The notes under the pieces are model-generated. The model did no database searches. It saw only the letters and a list, made by a program, of their open reading frames with translations, and had not been told where the DNA came from. Below, one piece after another: positions 9,501-16,735 of a DNA stretch of 31,146 nt; position 1 is the stretch's first letter, and each line of letters begins with the position of its first letter. Source of the DNA: a virus (taxonomy: Duplodnaviria; Heunggongvirae; Uroviricota; Caudoviricetes); the IMG/VR virus record IMGVR_UViG_3300006120_000015, positions 64,001 through 95,146 of that record. One strand, 5' to 3'. The translations under genes and the position numbers were made by a program.

Positions 9501-9630
9501 AACTGCTATGCCAAACACAGGTATCAGTTCAATAATTACTTTGGGCCAGTCTTACGATTTGAATTCTTCAACTCTAGGAACCATCGACCTGAATACAATT
9601 GTCAACCCACTTGTAGACTTGAACTTTTAA
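6568..9630 (+). CDS. Long fibre protein: two Ala/Asn heptad-repeat stalks, a central 'KSGDTMTG' beta-insert and a C-terminal 'IDSF..S.YR.A.Y.VQ' domain (1020 aa)
   Basis: Dozens of YANAAF/YANSAY units. Central segment about 7756-8215. C-terminal domain from about 9256 (IDSFLTSAYRTAAYDVQ...FVTEFG...FSANV..GTVNLNFTP) is common in environmental phage fibres. Confidence 0.85.
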   Translation: MSNNYNNRNGVNKARVNSSTVFTGSTAVNQVVQDIFNVANTSANTANTAYNFANSVYGAANAAMASANSAVANSVTALVYANAAFAQANTDATNIVITGNYANAAFTEANSASVYANAAFQYANAAESYANSAFIAANAAFVAANSDATARIVVGNYANAAYLQANVATQEAVTSGVYANSAYAQSNVATQEAITSGVYANAAYTTANTAVQEAVTAGVYANAAFALANSAFGGETSAGSYANSAFTLANTDANNIVIVGNYANAAYAFANTINTTSYAINALQNTNITSAATYANAAYSAQNTTGVYANSAYIQANAAFGVSNSASSYANGAFAAANNAYQLGGVVVGGYANSAYLQANAAYNAQNTTGIFANGAYQFANSAGVYANGAFTQANTKVSKSGDTMTGTLNIATGSGLSLNTSGPIIVGGDITITGNLNLSGSANHYSANSLSVTDPMIYMATNNSGDAVDIGFIGHFVGTGNTGFSHYQHTGLVRDVNDRKWKLFSNVVSEPTATVLFDANTSYDTLKVGVIEAGAANVNNYDLFTYIGNAYQSGNVAGVYANAAFLAQNTTGVYANTGLQYANSAGVYANAAFSEANVIFALANVHSNNITIVGNYANAAFTEANSGSVYANAAFAFANTINTSSSAINAVQNTNIGIVGTYANGAYQAANSAGSYANAAFALANTAFTGESSAGVFANGAYQYANSAAVYANAAFAQANTDANNIVIVGNYANAAFTEANSAAVYANAAFAIANAAFGGETSAGVYANAAFALANTDANNIVIVGNYANAAFALANSAFGGETSAGIYANAAFITANSAGVYANGALAVANNSSNVANLAIVTSNAAFIASNTANSFINSGGTIKGPVNLGAVGLPTANVSSVQTWANTVNQANRIDSFLTSAYRTAAYDVQLINGSGYQMSKLMLVQLETDAFVTEFGSIYSYAPSGNFSANVVSGTVNLNFTPTYSNTYVILTRTAMPNTGISSIITLGQSYDLNSSTLGTIDLNTIVNPLVDLNF
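6690..7755 (+). repeat. Coding tandem repeat block 1 (7/14/21-aa units, e.g. TSGVYANSAYAQSNVATQEAI)
   Basis: Directly visible periodicity. Boundaries are approximate. Confidence 0.8.
8215..9140 (+). repeat. Coding tandem repeat block 2, apparently duplicated from block 1
   Basis: Exact DNA matches between blocks: 6805-6833 = 8701-8729 (29 nt), 7261-7284 = 8842-8865 (24 nt), 7339-7364 = 8404-8429 (26 nt). Confidence 0.8.
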
Positions 9631-9636
9631 TAAATA
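9629..9636 (+). promoter_or_regulatory. Late promoter AATAAATA
   Basis: Follows the stop codon. AAGGA SD precedes ATG 9659. Confidence 0.6.
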
Positions 9637-9658
9637 GAAGAATAAAAGGAAGAAAAAG

Positions 9659-10228
9659 ATGGCAACAATCTTACAACACCGCAGAGGTAATACCGCACAA
9701 ACGGCTACATTTACCGGTAACGCTGGTGAAATTTTCATTAATACAGATACCAACCAAGTGGTGGTTCAAGACGGCGTAACACAAGGTGGTTGGCCAATTC
9801 CAGTTTCATCAGGTTACACACCAGGTGGTTTGTTGATAGCTAACGCAGCAGGTGTATTGCAAAACACATCTCCTGTTCAATTGGTTTCTGCAAACAATAC
9901 TCTTTTGGCCAACTCTAATTTAACAATTACCGGCAACTTGAGTGTTCTTGGTACAACAACTACAGTCAACCAAGAAATTATTAACACCACAGAAATTATT
10001 GCAGGTCAATTAACTGCTAACTCTGGTGCATCAAGTACAAGCACAACAACCGGTGCTCTATTAGTTACTGGTGGTGCAGGTGTAACAGGTAATTTAAACG
10101 CTGGCGGTACTGTATCATCAAACTCTGTAGCAGCAAATACTGTGGCTGTAACATCAGGTATTACAATCAACTCTGTACCGGTTTTAACTCAGACTCAGGC
10201 TATTTTGTATAGTCTAATCTTAGGATAA
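9659..10228 (+). CDS. Short fibre/adaptor with N-terminal Mtd_N (major tropism determinant N-terminal-like) domain
   Basis: 'LQHRRGNTAQTATFTGNAGEIFINTDTNQVVVQDGVTQGGWPI' fits the LQ.RRG......TG..GE..vDT.....vHDG.T.GG pattern. Ends in hydrophobic 'AILYSLILG'. Confidence 0.8.
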   Translation: MATILQHRRGNTAQTATFTGNAGEIFINTDTNQVVVQDGVTQGGWPIPVSSGYTPGGLLIANAAGVLQNTSPVQLVSANNTLLANSNLTITGNLSVLGTTTTVNQEIINTTEIIAGQLTANSGASSTSTTTGALLVTGGAGVTGNLNAGGTVSSNSVAANTVAVTSGITINSVPVLTQTQAILYSLILG

Positions 10229-10279
10229 ATAACCATATAAATAAGAATGTAATCCCTGCAACAACAAGGTTTATAAATA
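10224..10279 (+). promoter_or_regulatory. Three tandem late-promoter motifs (10224-31 GATAAATA, 10236-43 TATAAATA, 10272-79 TATAAATA)
   Basis: Two perfect matches and one 7/8 match within 56 nt. Confidence 0.7.
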
Positions 10280-10283
10280 AAAC

Positions 10284-10763
10284 ATGAAACAATTAATTCA
10301 ATTTACCCCCGTATTTACTCCTGGTAACGCAGGGTTGGGGACGTTAGATTTTACTGCTTATCCTGGTTTTACATTGAGTAAGCTGTACGCTGTTATTAAC
10401 TTAACACAAAACAGTCCTCTTTATATTCCAGGTACACCACAGTATGGATTCGCAGGTTTCGCAAATAACGCATCTATCATTCAATTAAGTGCAAACACAA
10501 GTACGTTTGCAACTACTGATAAGTTAGAAGTGTTTTTCGAAACAACGCCAGGTCAATGGACACCAGACGGTTCCGGAAACATGGCGGCTGAGAGTGGCGG
10601 ACAATTGCAAAAACTTCAAGAAACAGCTGACCAAATGTTAGTTGAACTTAAAGTACACACACAATTGTTGGCACAAGGTCTAACAATAAATATGACCGCT
10701 GACGATGTTCAATCATTCAGAGACGACATCAATAGATTAGAAAATCAACCTTCAACTTACTAA
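10284..10763 (+). CDS. Hypothetical virion protein, N-terminal domain paralogous to that of 12158..15298
   Basis: 'LYAVINLTQNSPLY...IQLSANTSTFATTDKLEVFFE' vs 'LMLITNVTSNRVIY...IVLNYNTASMNTTDQLQITID'. Confidence 0.75.
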   Translation: MKQLIQFTPVFTPGNAGLGTLDFTAYPGFTLSKLYAVINLTQNSPLYIPGTPQYGFAGFANNASIIQLSANTSTFATTDKLEVFFETTPGQWTPDGSGNMAAESGGQLQKLQETADQMLVELKVHTQLLAQGLTINMTADDVQSFRDDINRLENQPSTY

Positions 10764-10780
10764 AACTAAGGAGTTTTTAA

Positions 10781-11440
10781 ATGTTAATTCAAGGACAAGT
10801 TGGACCATCATCCGCTCAATCAATTCAACCAGGTACACCAATGGCAGTTCGTCAAGGTCAACTTGGTGATGTAGTTGTTTCCGAGTTGCATGGCCGCTAT
10901 TACGAACAAGCTTACCGTAAAAACCTATTCTCCGGTGCTATCTCCGGTGCAACAGGTGTTACAGCAACTGCATTGGGTATTACCACTGCTACTGCTTACA
11001 CTGGCTTGGTAATTTACAATCCACCATCATCACCAGTTAACTTGGTGTTGCAAAAAGTTGCGTATTCATTCCCAATCGCACCTTCAGCAGCTACTGTAGT
11101 TTCTCTTGGTACTGGTGTTTCTCAATTGTTGCCAGTTTCTACAACTGCTGTTACAGCACGTAACAACTATGTAACTGCTGCTGCACCAGTTGGTCAGTTG
11201 TACTCAACTGCTACATTCGGTATCACTACATCTAACCCTGTTTCAACAACACCTCAATACACATTGGGTTGGATTGGTACTATGGCTGCAACTGGTACAG
11301 GTCAATCTACTCAAGGTATCGTTGACTTGGAAGGTTCTATCATCGTTCCTCCAACAGGTTTCGCATGTATCTACTTGTCAACAGCCGCACAAACTTCAGG
11401 TTTCTTCGGTTCGTTCGCTTGGGAAGAAGTTCCAGTTTAA
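10781..11440 (+). CDS. Hypothetical Thr/Ala-rich virion protein (219 aa)
   Basis: Strong SD AAGGAG, AAC/TTC/ATC-rich codon style, beta-rich composition. Confidence 0.8.
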   Translation: MLIQGQVGPSSAQSIQPGTPMAVRQGQLGDVVVSELHGRYYEQAYRKNLFSGAISGATGVTATALGITTATAYTGLVIYNPPSSPVNLVLQKVAYSFPIAPSAATVVSLGTGVSQLLPVSTTAVTARNNYVTAAAPVGQLYSTATFGITTSNPVSTTPQYTLGWIGTMAATGTGQSTQGIVDLEGSIIVPPTGFACIYLSTAAQTSGFFGSFAWEEVPV

Positions 11441-11453
11441 TATTAATTTAAAC

Positions 11454-11459
11454 TAAATA
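11454..11459 (+). promoter_or_regulatory. Possible late promoter core TAAATA immediately upstream of a terminator hairpin
   Basis: CTAAATAA, a partial match to TATAAATA. Confidence 0.4.
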
Positions 11460-11461
11460 AT

Positions 11462-11497
11462 GGCAGAGTTGGTGAAAACCTTCTCTGCCTTTTTTTT
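11462..11497 (+). terminator. Rho-independent terminator: GGCAGAG-UU-GGU-GAAA-ACC-UU-CUCUGCC + U8
   Basis: 7-bp GC-rich stem, 2x2 U internal loop, 3-bp stem with GNRA loop and an 8-nt T tract. Confidence 0.8.
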
Positions 11498-11521
11498 AAT
11501 CTAACAAGAGGAAAATGAATC

Positions 11522-12142
11522 TTGTCTAATAAGAATTTTGTCGTTAGAAACGGCATTACCGTTGGTTCATGGAATTTGGTCAATGAACAAGGTAACGTAA
11601 ACGCCAACACACTAACGCTTTCATCTGGCTTCCCTACTCTGAACGTAGGTACTCTTACAGCCAACACAATCACAGTTAGTTACTATGGCAACATCACTGC
11701 CAATACAGTAACAGCCAACTCCTTTGGCAACGTAACTGCAAACTCATATTCTTATGCGGATGGTACAGGTCCAGGTTTCAACTATTTGTTAGATGATATA
11801 TCAGTATATTTCAACGGAACCGATACGACTTTTAACCTATCTTCATACGGTGTTGCTTTGACGCCAAACAATCCTTTGCAATTGGATATTAAAGTAGGTA
11901 ATCTTCCTGTCTTTCCTCTGGTGAATACAACAGATTATTTCAATCTTGCTATGTTTGATGTTTCAATTCAAAAAGCACTCTTTACCGGCTATACAATTAG
12001 CGGTAGCACAATTACATTCTCTAGTCCACCTGCGGCTGGTATGAATTTCTACGGTGTAATGCGTACAAACAATGACAAATTGCCTGCGTTTACTACAAAG
12101 TATACACCATTCAGTCCACTAAATATGATGTTCAGTTATTAA
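11522..12142 (+). CDS. Baseplate/fibre adaptor-like protein (TTG start)
   Basis: 'SNKNFVVRNGI.VG' start, TANT repeats, and 'LLDDISVYFNGTDTTFNL....P.NP.QL.I..G...P...GYTISGSTITFSSPP..G' resembling repeats in T4-like baseplate wedge-associated proteins. GAGGA SD 9 nt upstream. Confidence 0.75.
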   Translation: MSNKNFVVRNGITVGSWNLVNEQGNVNANTLTLSSGFPTLNVGTLTANTITVSYYGNITANTVTANSFGNVTANSYSYADGTGPGFNYLLDDISVYFNGTDTTFNLSSYGVALTPNNPLQLDIKVGNLPVFPLVNTTDYFNLAMFDVSIQKALFTGYTISGSTITFSSPPAAGMNFYGVMRTNNDKLPAFTTKYTPFSPLNMMFSY

Positions 12143-12157
12143 TATAAAGGAAAAACC

Positions 12158-15100
12158 ATGGCACGTAGAGTCATTTTAGACACACAATATACGTTCTCTC
12201 CATCAACAAAGACAATCACGATTCCTAGAATCGTTCCAAAAGAACGTCTGATGTTGATTACCAACGTCACATCAAACAGAGTCATCTATAACTTTAGTGA
12301 CCCTACTTTGACAGCAACAAGCTTGTCATACACACAAGCAACAAACAACACACCAGCATCTACTGTTATTGTGTTGAACTATAACACTGCATCGATGAAC
12401 ACAACTGACCAGTTGCAAATCACTATCGATGAAGCTTATGAAGTTATTCAACCAGACGAATCATTTACCGACCCAGTTGGTAAAATGCGTATGTCTACAC
12501 CACAGTCATTGATCGATACTGACTTTGAATATGGTCTACAACCAACCAAGTGGGAAACACTATTGTTGGTGAATAACCGTCCTTCTTTCTACTACTTGGC
12601 AGCAAACAACTTTGCGGTTTCTAACGTTACTATTGCTACTGGTAGCCAGACAGTTACAGTTAACACATATCCTAACTTGCCTCCACCAACAGGTACACCA
12701 GTTCAAATTCAAGATACCTTGTTCTTTGGTGCAAACGGTCCATTTATTGTTGAAGCTAACAACACATCTTCTCCAAACTATACATTCCAGTATACTGCAA
12801 AATATCCATTCGTTGGTACTGCACCAAGCACAATTTACAACCCATCGTTGACTTTGGCTTTCACTGGTAACTTTTATTCTAACTCTGCGTTTAACCTGAC
12901 TGCACAACCTACAATTTCAGGTAACACAATGACATTCTATACAACTGAGCCACACGGTTTGCAAGTTGGTGATGAAGTTGTTTTGGCTAACGCTACTGCA
13001 TCAGGTACTAACTCACCTAACACAGCATTCCAAGTTGCTACAGTTGCTAACTCTAACGTGTTCTCTGTTATCATTACAGCTAACTCAGTTGGTATTGGTA
13101 CCCTGACAAACAGTTCATTGTATATTCGTCCAGACGGTCAAGTTATTCACCGTGCATTTGACGGTGGTGTACAATTCGTTTCTGGTAACCAAGCGCACAA
13201 CTTGCAAACAATTCGTCAAACTCGTAGATATTTCCGTTACCAATCTGGTAAAGGTATGCAAATGTCTACTGGTACAATCATGAAACCAGGTTTCTTTGTT
13301 GATGACGTATCTGCAAACGTTAACGGTGCTGGTGCAAACAACATTACTGTTACAACTAAATTCCCTCACTATGTAACTACAGGTTTGCCAATCACTGTTA
13401 CTGGTGCTGACCAAGCTGCATACAACGGTACATTCCCTGTTGCATCTGTATTGAACCCTGTTCAGTTTACATATAACGCAAACTCTGTTCCACAACCAAC
13501 AGCTACACAACCAGCATCTCCTGCTTCTAACGTTGTGAACATTACAGCTGCATCTTGGTATGGTTCAAGAAACCGTGTTGGTATGTTCGACTCACAAAAC
13601 GGTGCGTTCTTTGAATTTGATGGTCAAACATTGTGGGCAGTTCGCCGTTATTCTACAACACAAATTTCTGGTGTGTTCACAGTAACCAACAACTCTGCTG
13701 TTGTTACAGGTAGTTCTATCAACGGTTTCACACAACCAAAAGTTTCTAAACAAGTGGCTCCAGGCGACTTCGTTGTTATCCGTGGTATGTCTTACCGTGT
13801 TATGGATATTCAATCAGACGCTGCGTTCACAATCTCTCCTCCATTCCGTGGCGTAACTCCAGGTGGTCCTGTTATTATCTCTAAAACAATCGACTCAAGA
13901 GTTCCACAATCTGCATGGAACATTGATAAGTTTGACGGCACAGGCCCAACAGGTTCAACATTGGACTTGACAAAAGACCAAATGTTCTATATCGACTATT
14001 CATGGTACGGTGCTGGTGCAATTCGTTATGGTATGAGAGCTACTGACGGTCGTATTCAATATGCACACAAAACATTGAACAACAACCAAAACTATTTGGC
14101 TTGGATGCGTTCTGGTAACTTGCCTGCACGTTACGAAACAAATACATTTGCTCCAGTTCTATTGTTGGCTAACAGCATCAGTTCTTCACAAACATCTATG
14201 GTTGTTGCAAACACATTGAACTCAACAGGTTCAAGTTTCCCACAACAAGGTACTTTGTTGATTGCTGACTGGGTTGGTGGTTTTGAATATGTTAACTACA
14301 CATCATACACTTCTTCAAACAACTCATTCAATGGTTTGACTCGTGGTCTAGCTGGTGCAACATTAACTATGACCGCTGGCGGTACATTGTCTGCAAACGT
14401 ATACACAACAGGTTCAGTTGCAACAGTTCAACCTGGTATGCAAGTATACAACCCAACAGGTCCTGGTTCAATTGCATTTGGTACATACGTATATGCGGTA
14501 TATCCAAACGGCGCTGGTGCTGGTAACAACATCATTCAATTGACACAAACACCAACAGCATCGTTGACTGGTTCTCAATTGGCTTTCGCACCAATGGGTA
14601 CAACTGCTACTGCACACAGTTTGACTTCTTCAAACACTGCAATTCCAGTTTACTTACACGCACCACAATTTGCACCAACAATTTCACATTGGGGTACTTC
14701 TATTGTGATGGACGGCGGTTTCCAATCTGACTTGTCATTGCAATTCGTTAACGGTGAAGCACAACAAACAGTTTACCCTGGTCAAACTGTGGCTCTACAA
14801 TCAGTTCGTGTATCTCCATCAGTTGATTCTGGTTTGACTGGTACATTAGGTCAACGTGAAGTTATTAACCGTATGCAGTTAGTTCCACAAGCTGCTGAAG
14901 TAGTTGCGAACGGTAACTTCTTGATTACTGTTGTTCTAAACGGTCAATTGACTGCCAACGGTGGTACACTAGGTACATGGACTAAATTGGCAAACGGTAC
15001 TTCATCACTTGCACAAGTTGCAGACCATGCAGGTAACGTTTCGATTTCTGGTGGCGAAACAATTTACGGTTTCTATGCAGTTAACTCTGCTGGTGCTAAC

Positions 15101-15298
15101 AACTTCTCTGTTATCACTGCTGACTTGACAAAAATCCGTGATATTGGTAACTCTATCTTGGGTGGCGGTATTTCTGCTAACTCTAACGTTAGCTTCTACC
15201 CAGATGGTCCAGACGTTTTGACAATCGTTGCACAGAACCAAGGTGCTGCACCTGCTAACGTTGCATCACGTATCTCTTGGACAGAGGCGCAAGCATAA
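12158..15298 (+). CDS. Large beta-rich virion structural protein (1046 aa)
   Basis: 'YTFSPSTKTITI...ERLMLITNVTSNRVIYNFSD', 'GKMRMSTPQSLIDTDFEYGLQPTKWE', 'QTRRYFRYQSGKG' and 'FYIDYSWYGAGAIRYG' are motifs of a structural family in environmental T4-like phages. Two 'T..PHG/H...GD/G.V.l.GA' beta-repeat inserts. Confidence 0.85.
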   Translation: MARRVILDTQYTFSPSTKTITIPRIVPKERLMLITNVTSNRVIYNFSDPTLTATSLSYTQATNNTPASTVIVLNYNTASMNTTDQLQITIDEAYEVIQPDESFTDPVGKMRMSTPQSLIDTDFEYGLQPTKWETLLLVNNRPSFYYLAANNFAVSNVTIATGSQTVTVNTYPNLPPPTGTPVQIQDTLFFGANGPFIVEANNTSSPNYTFQYTAKYPFVGTAPSTIYNPSLTLAFTGNFYSNSAFNLTAQPTISGNTMTFYTTEPHGLQVGDEVVLANATASGTNSPNTAFQVATVANSNVFSVIITANSVGIGTLTNSSLYIRPDGQVIHRAFDGGVQFVSGNQAHNLQTIRQTRRYFRYQSGKGMQMSTGTIMKPGFFVDDVSANVNGAGANNITVTTKFPHYVTTGLPITVTGADQAAYNGTFPVASVLNPVQFTYNANSVPQPTATQPASPASNVVNITAASWYGSRNRVGMFDSQNGAFFEFDGQTLWAVRRYSTTQISGVFTVTNNSAVVTGSSINGFTQPKVSKQVAPGDFVVIRGMSYRVMDIQSDAAFTISPPFRGVTPGGPVIISKTIDSRVPQSAWNIDKFDGTGPTGSTLDLTKDQMFYIDYSWYGAGAIRYGMRATDGRIQYAHKTLNNNQNYLAWMRSGNLPARYETNTFAPVLLLANSISSSQTSMVVANTLNSTGSSFPQQGTLLIADWVGGFEYVNYTSYTSSNNSFNGLTRGLAGATLTMTAGGTLSANVYTTGSVATVQPGMQVYNPTGPGSIAFGTYVYAVYPNGAGAGNNIIQLTQTPTASLTGSQLAFAPMGTTATAHSLTSSNTAIPVYLHAPQFAPTISHWGTSIVMDGGFQSDLSLQFVNGEAQQTVYPGQTVALQSVRVSPSVDSGLTGTLGQREVINRMQLVPQAAEVVANGNFLITVVLNGQLTANGGTLGTWTKLANGTSSLAQVADHAGNVSISGGETIYGFYAVNSAGANNFSVITADLTKIRDIGNSILGGGISANSNVSFYPDGPDVLTIVAQNQGAAPANVASRISWTEAQA

Positions 15299-15924
15299 TG
15301 TTGAACAAGATATTTCTTGAACAGGATGGGTTGGTTGTCGGTGGCAACCAACTTACCACTCAAGGTGGTAGTGTCAGCGTAGGTAACAATATCTACGTTG
15401 GTGCTAATACTGTTACCAGTAACTTGACGGTTACTGGTACGTTCAACTATCCAAAAGCTAATACTTCGTTGCCGGCTTTTAGTGCGTTTGGAAATGCTTT
15501 AGTGTCTGCACCTAACACCACCAACACACAAATCGCATACAATCAAGTTGAATTTGATACCAACAGTTGTTTTAACCCAACAAACCAATGGTTGTATGTC
15601 AACGGCATATACACACCACCTTGGTCTTTTGCTCCAAATATTCCTGGTTATTATCAAATTAATGCAACTATTTTTGGAACACAAAGTGGTACTTCTAACG
15701 CTTTTATACAGGCCGTTTTGTATAAACAAAACGCAAGTTACAAATATGCAATAACACCTTTTGGTGGTGCCGGTATAACAGTAACAGTAAGTACAGTTGT
15801 TTTTATGAATGGTATATCTGATTATTTGTCTGTTTATGGTTATCAAAACACTGGCGGTGCATTGAATATTGGTTCTAGTACAATCCAACAAAGCTTTAAT
15901 GGATGCTTCTTAAGACCGGCATAA
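15298..15924 (+). CDS. C1q-like domain protein (208 aa), putative trimeric fibre tip/adhesin
   Basis: TAATG coupling. 'PAFSAF...TQIAYNQVEFDTNSCFNPT...FAPNIPGYYQINATI...VLYK...STVVFMNG.SDYLSVY...SFNGCFL' follows the gC1q pattern. Confidence 0.75.
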   Translation: MLNKIFLEQDGLVVGGNQLTTQGGSVSVGNNIYVGANTVTSNLTVTGTFNYPKANTSLPAFSAFGNALVSAPNTTNTQIAYNQVEFDTNSCFNPTNQWLYVNGIYTPPWSFAPNIPGYYQINATIFGTQSGTSNAFIQAVLYKQNASYKYAITPFGGAGITVTVSTVVFMNGISDYLSVYGYQNTGGALNIGSSTIQQSFNGCFLRPA

Positions 15925-15937
15925 TCTGGTATGCCCG

Positions 15938-15945
15938 AATAAATA
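15938..15945 (+). promoter_or_regulatory. Late promoter AATAAATA upstream of gp13
   Basis: 7/8 consensus, with AAGGGG SD before ATG 15964. Confidence 0.6.
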
Positions 15946-15963
15946 GATAGAAGGGGATACAAG

Positions 15964-16734
15964 ATGGCCACAATAACAACAAGAGAAGAATTCAAAACAT
16001 ATTGCCTACGTAGATTAGGATTCCCTACAATTCAAATCAACGTAGATGATGACCAAATTGAAGATCGTATTGACGATGCAATCCAGTACTGGCAAGATTA
16101 TCACTTTGATGGTACTCAGAAGGTTTACTGGATTCATAACATCACACAAACTGATATTGACAACAAATACCTAGACGCTACACAGGCGGTGGATAGTTCC
16201 AACAACTCTTTGTATATTCTAGGTGTTTCTAGAATTTTTCCACTCTCAGACTCACAAGCCTCAGTCAATATGTTTGACTTGAGATATCAACTACGTCTGA
16301 ACGAATTGTATGACTTTACATCCGCATCATACATTAACTACACACTAACACAACAACACTTACGTTCACTGGAACTTATGTTCACGGGTGAAGTTCCTAT
16401 TCGTTTCAATCGTTTGCAACAAAGATTGTACATCGATTGGGCTTGGGGTATGGAAGTTCTTCCTGGTCAGGTTGCAATCTCTGAATGTTATGCAGCTATT
16501 AACCCAGACACATACAATTATGTTTGGAACGACCGTTGGTTGAAAGAATATACAACAGCTTTGATTAAGAGAACATGGGGTAATAACCTTAAAAAGTTCC
16601 AAGGTATTCAGTTACCTGGTGGTGTTGTTCTTGATGGTGCAACCATTTACAAAGAAGCCGCAGAAGAAATTGAACGTCTAGAAAAAGAAATGGAAATGAA
16701 CTACGGTGCGCCGCTAGAATGGTTCATGAACTAA
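15964..16734 (+). CDS. gp13: Neck protein gp13 (head-tail adaptor)
   Basis: 'YCLRRLGFP.IQINVDDDQIEDRIDDAIQYW..YHFDG' and 'WLKEY.TALIKR.WG.NL.KF.G.QLPGGV.LDG..IY.EA' motifs, plus gene position. Confidence 0.93.
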   Translation: MATITTREEFKTYCLRRLGFPTIQINVDDDQIEDRIDDAIQYWQDYHFDGTQKVYWIHNITQTDIDNKYLDATQAVDSSNNSLYILGVSRIFPLSDSQASVNMFDLRYQLRLNELYDFTSASYINYTLTQQHLRSLELMFTGEVPIRFNRLQQRLYIDWAWGMEVLPGQVAISECYAAINPDTYNYVWNDRWLKEYTTALIKRTWGNNLKKFQGIQLPGGVVLDGATIYKEAAEEIERLEKEMEMNYGAPLEWFMN

Positions 16735-16735
16735 G

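Noticed and set aside
6568-9630. CRISPR-like or non-coding repeat array, or type I antifreeze-like protein
   Set aside because: The repeats are degenerate, in-frame and vary mostly at third codon positions, with no unique spacers. The periodicity is 7/21 aa rather than the 11-aa Thr repeat of type I antifreeze proteins.
15918-15935. Small hairpins at gene ends (GGCATA/TATGCC at 15918-35, TAATCT/AGATTA near 6167-6190, ACCC/GGGT near 31097-31113)
   Set aside because: Stems are only 4-6 bp with no U-tract. Such hairpins are expected by chance, so they are not called terminators or RNA elements.
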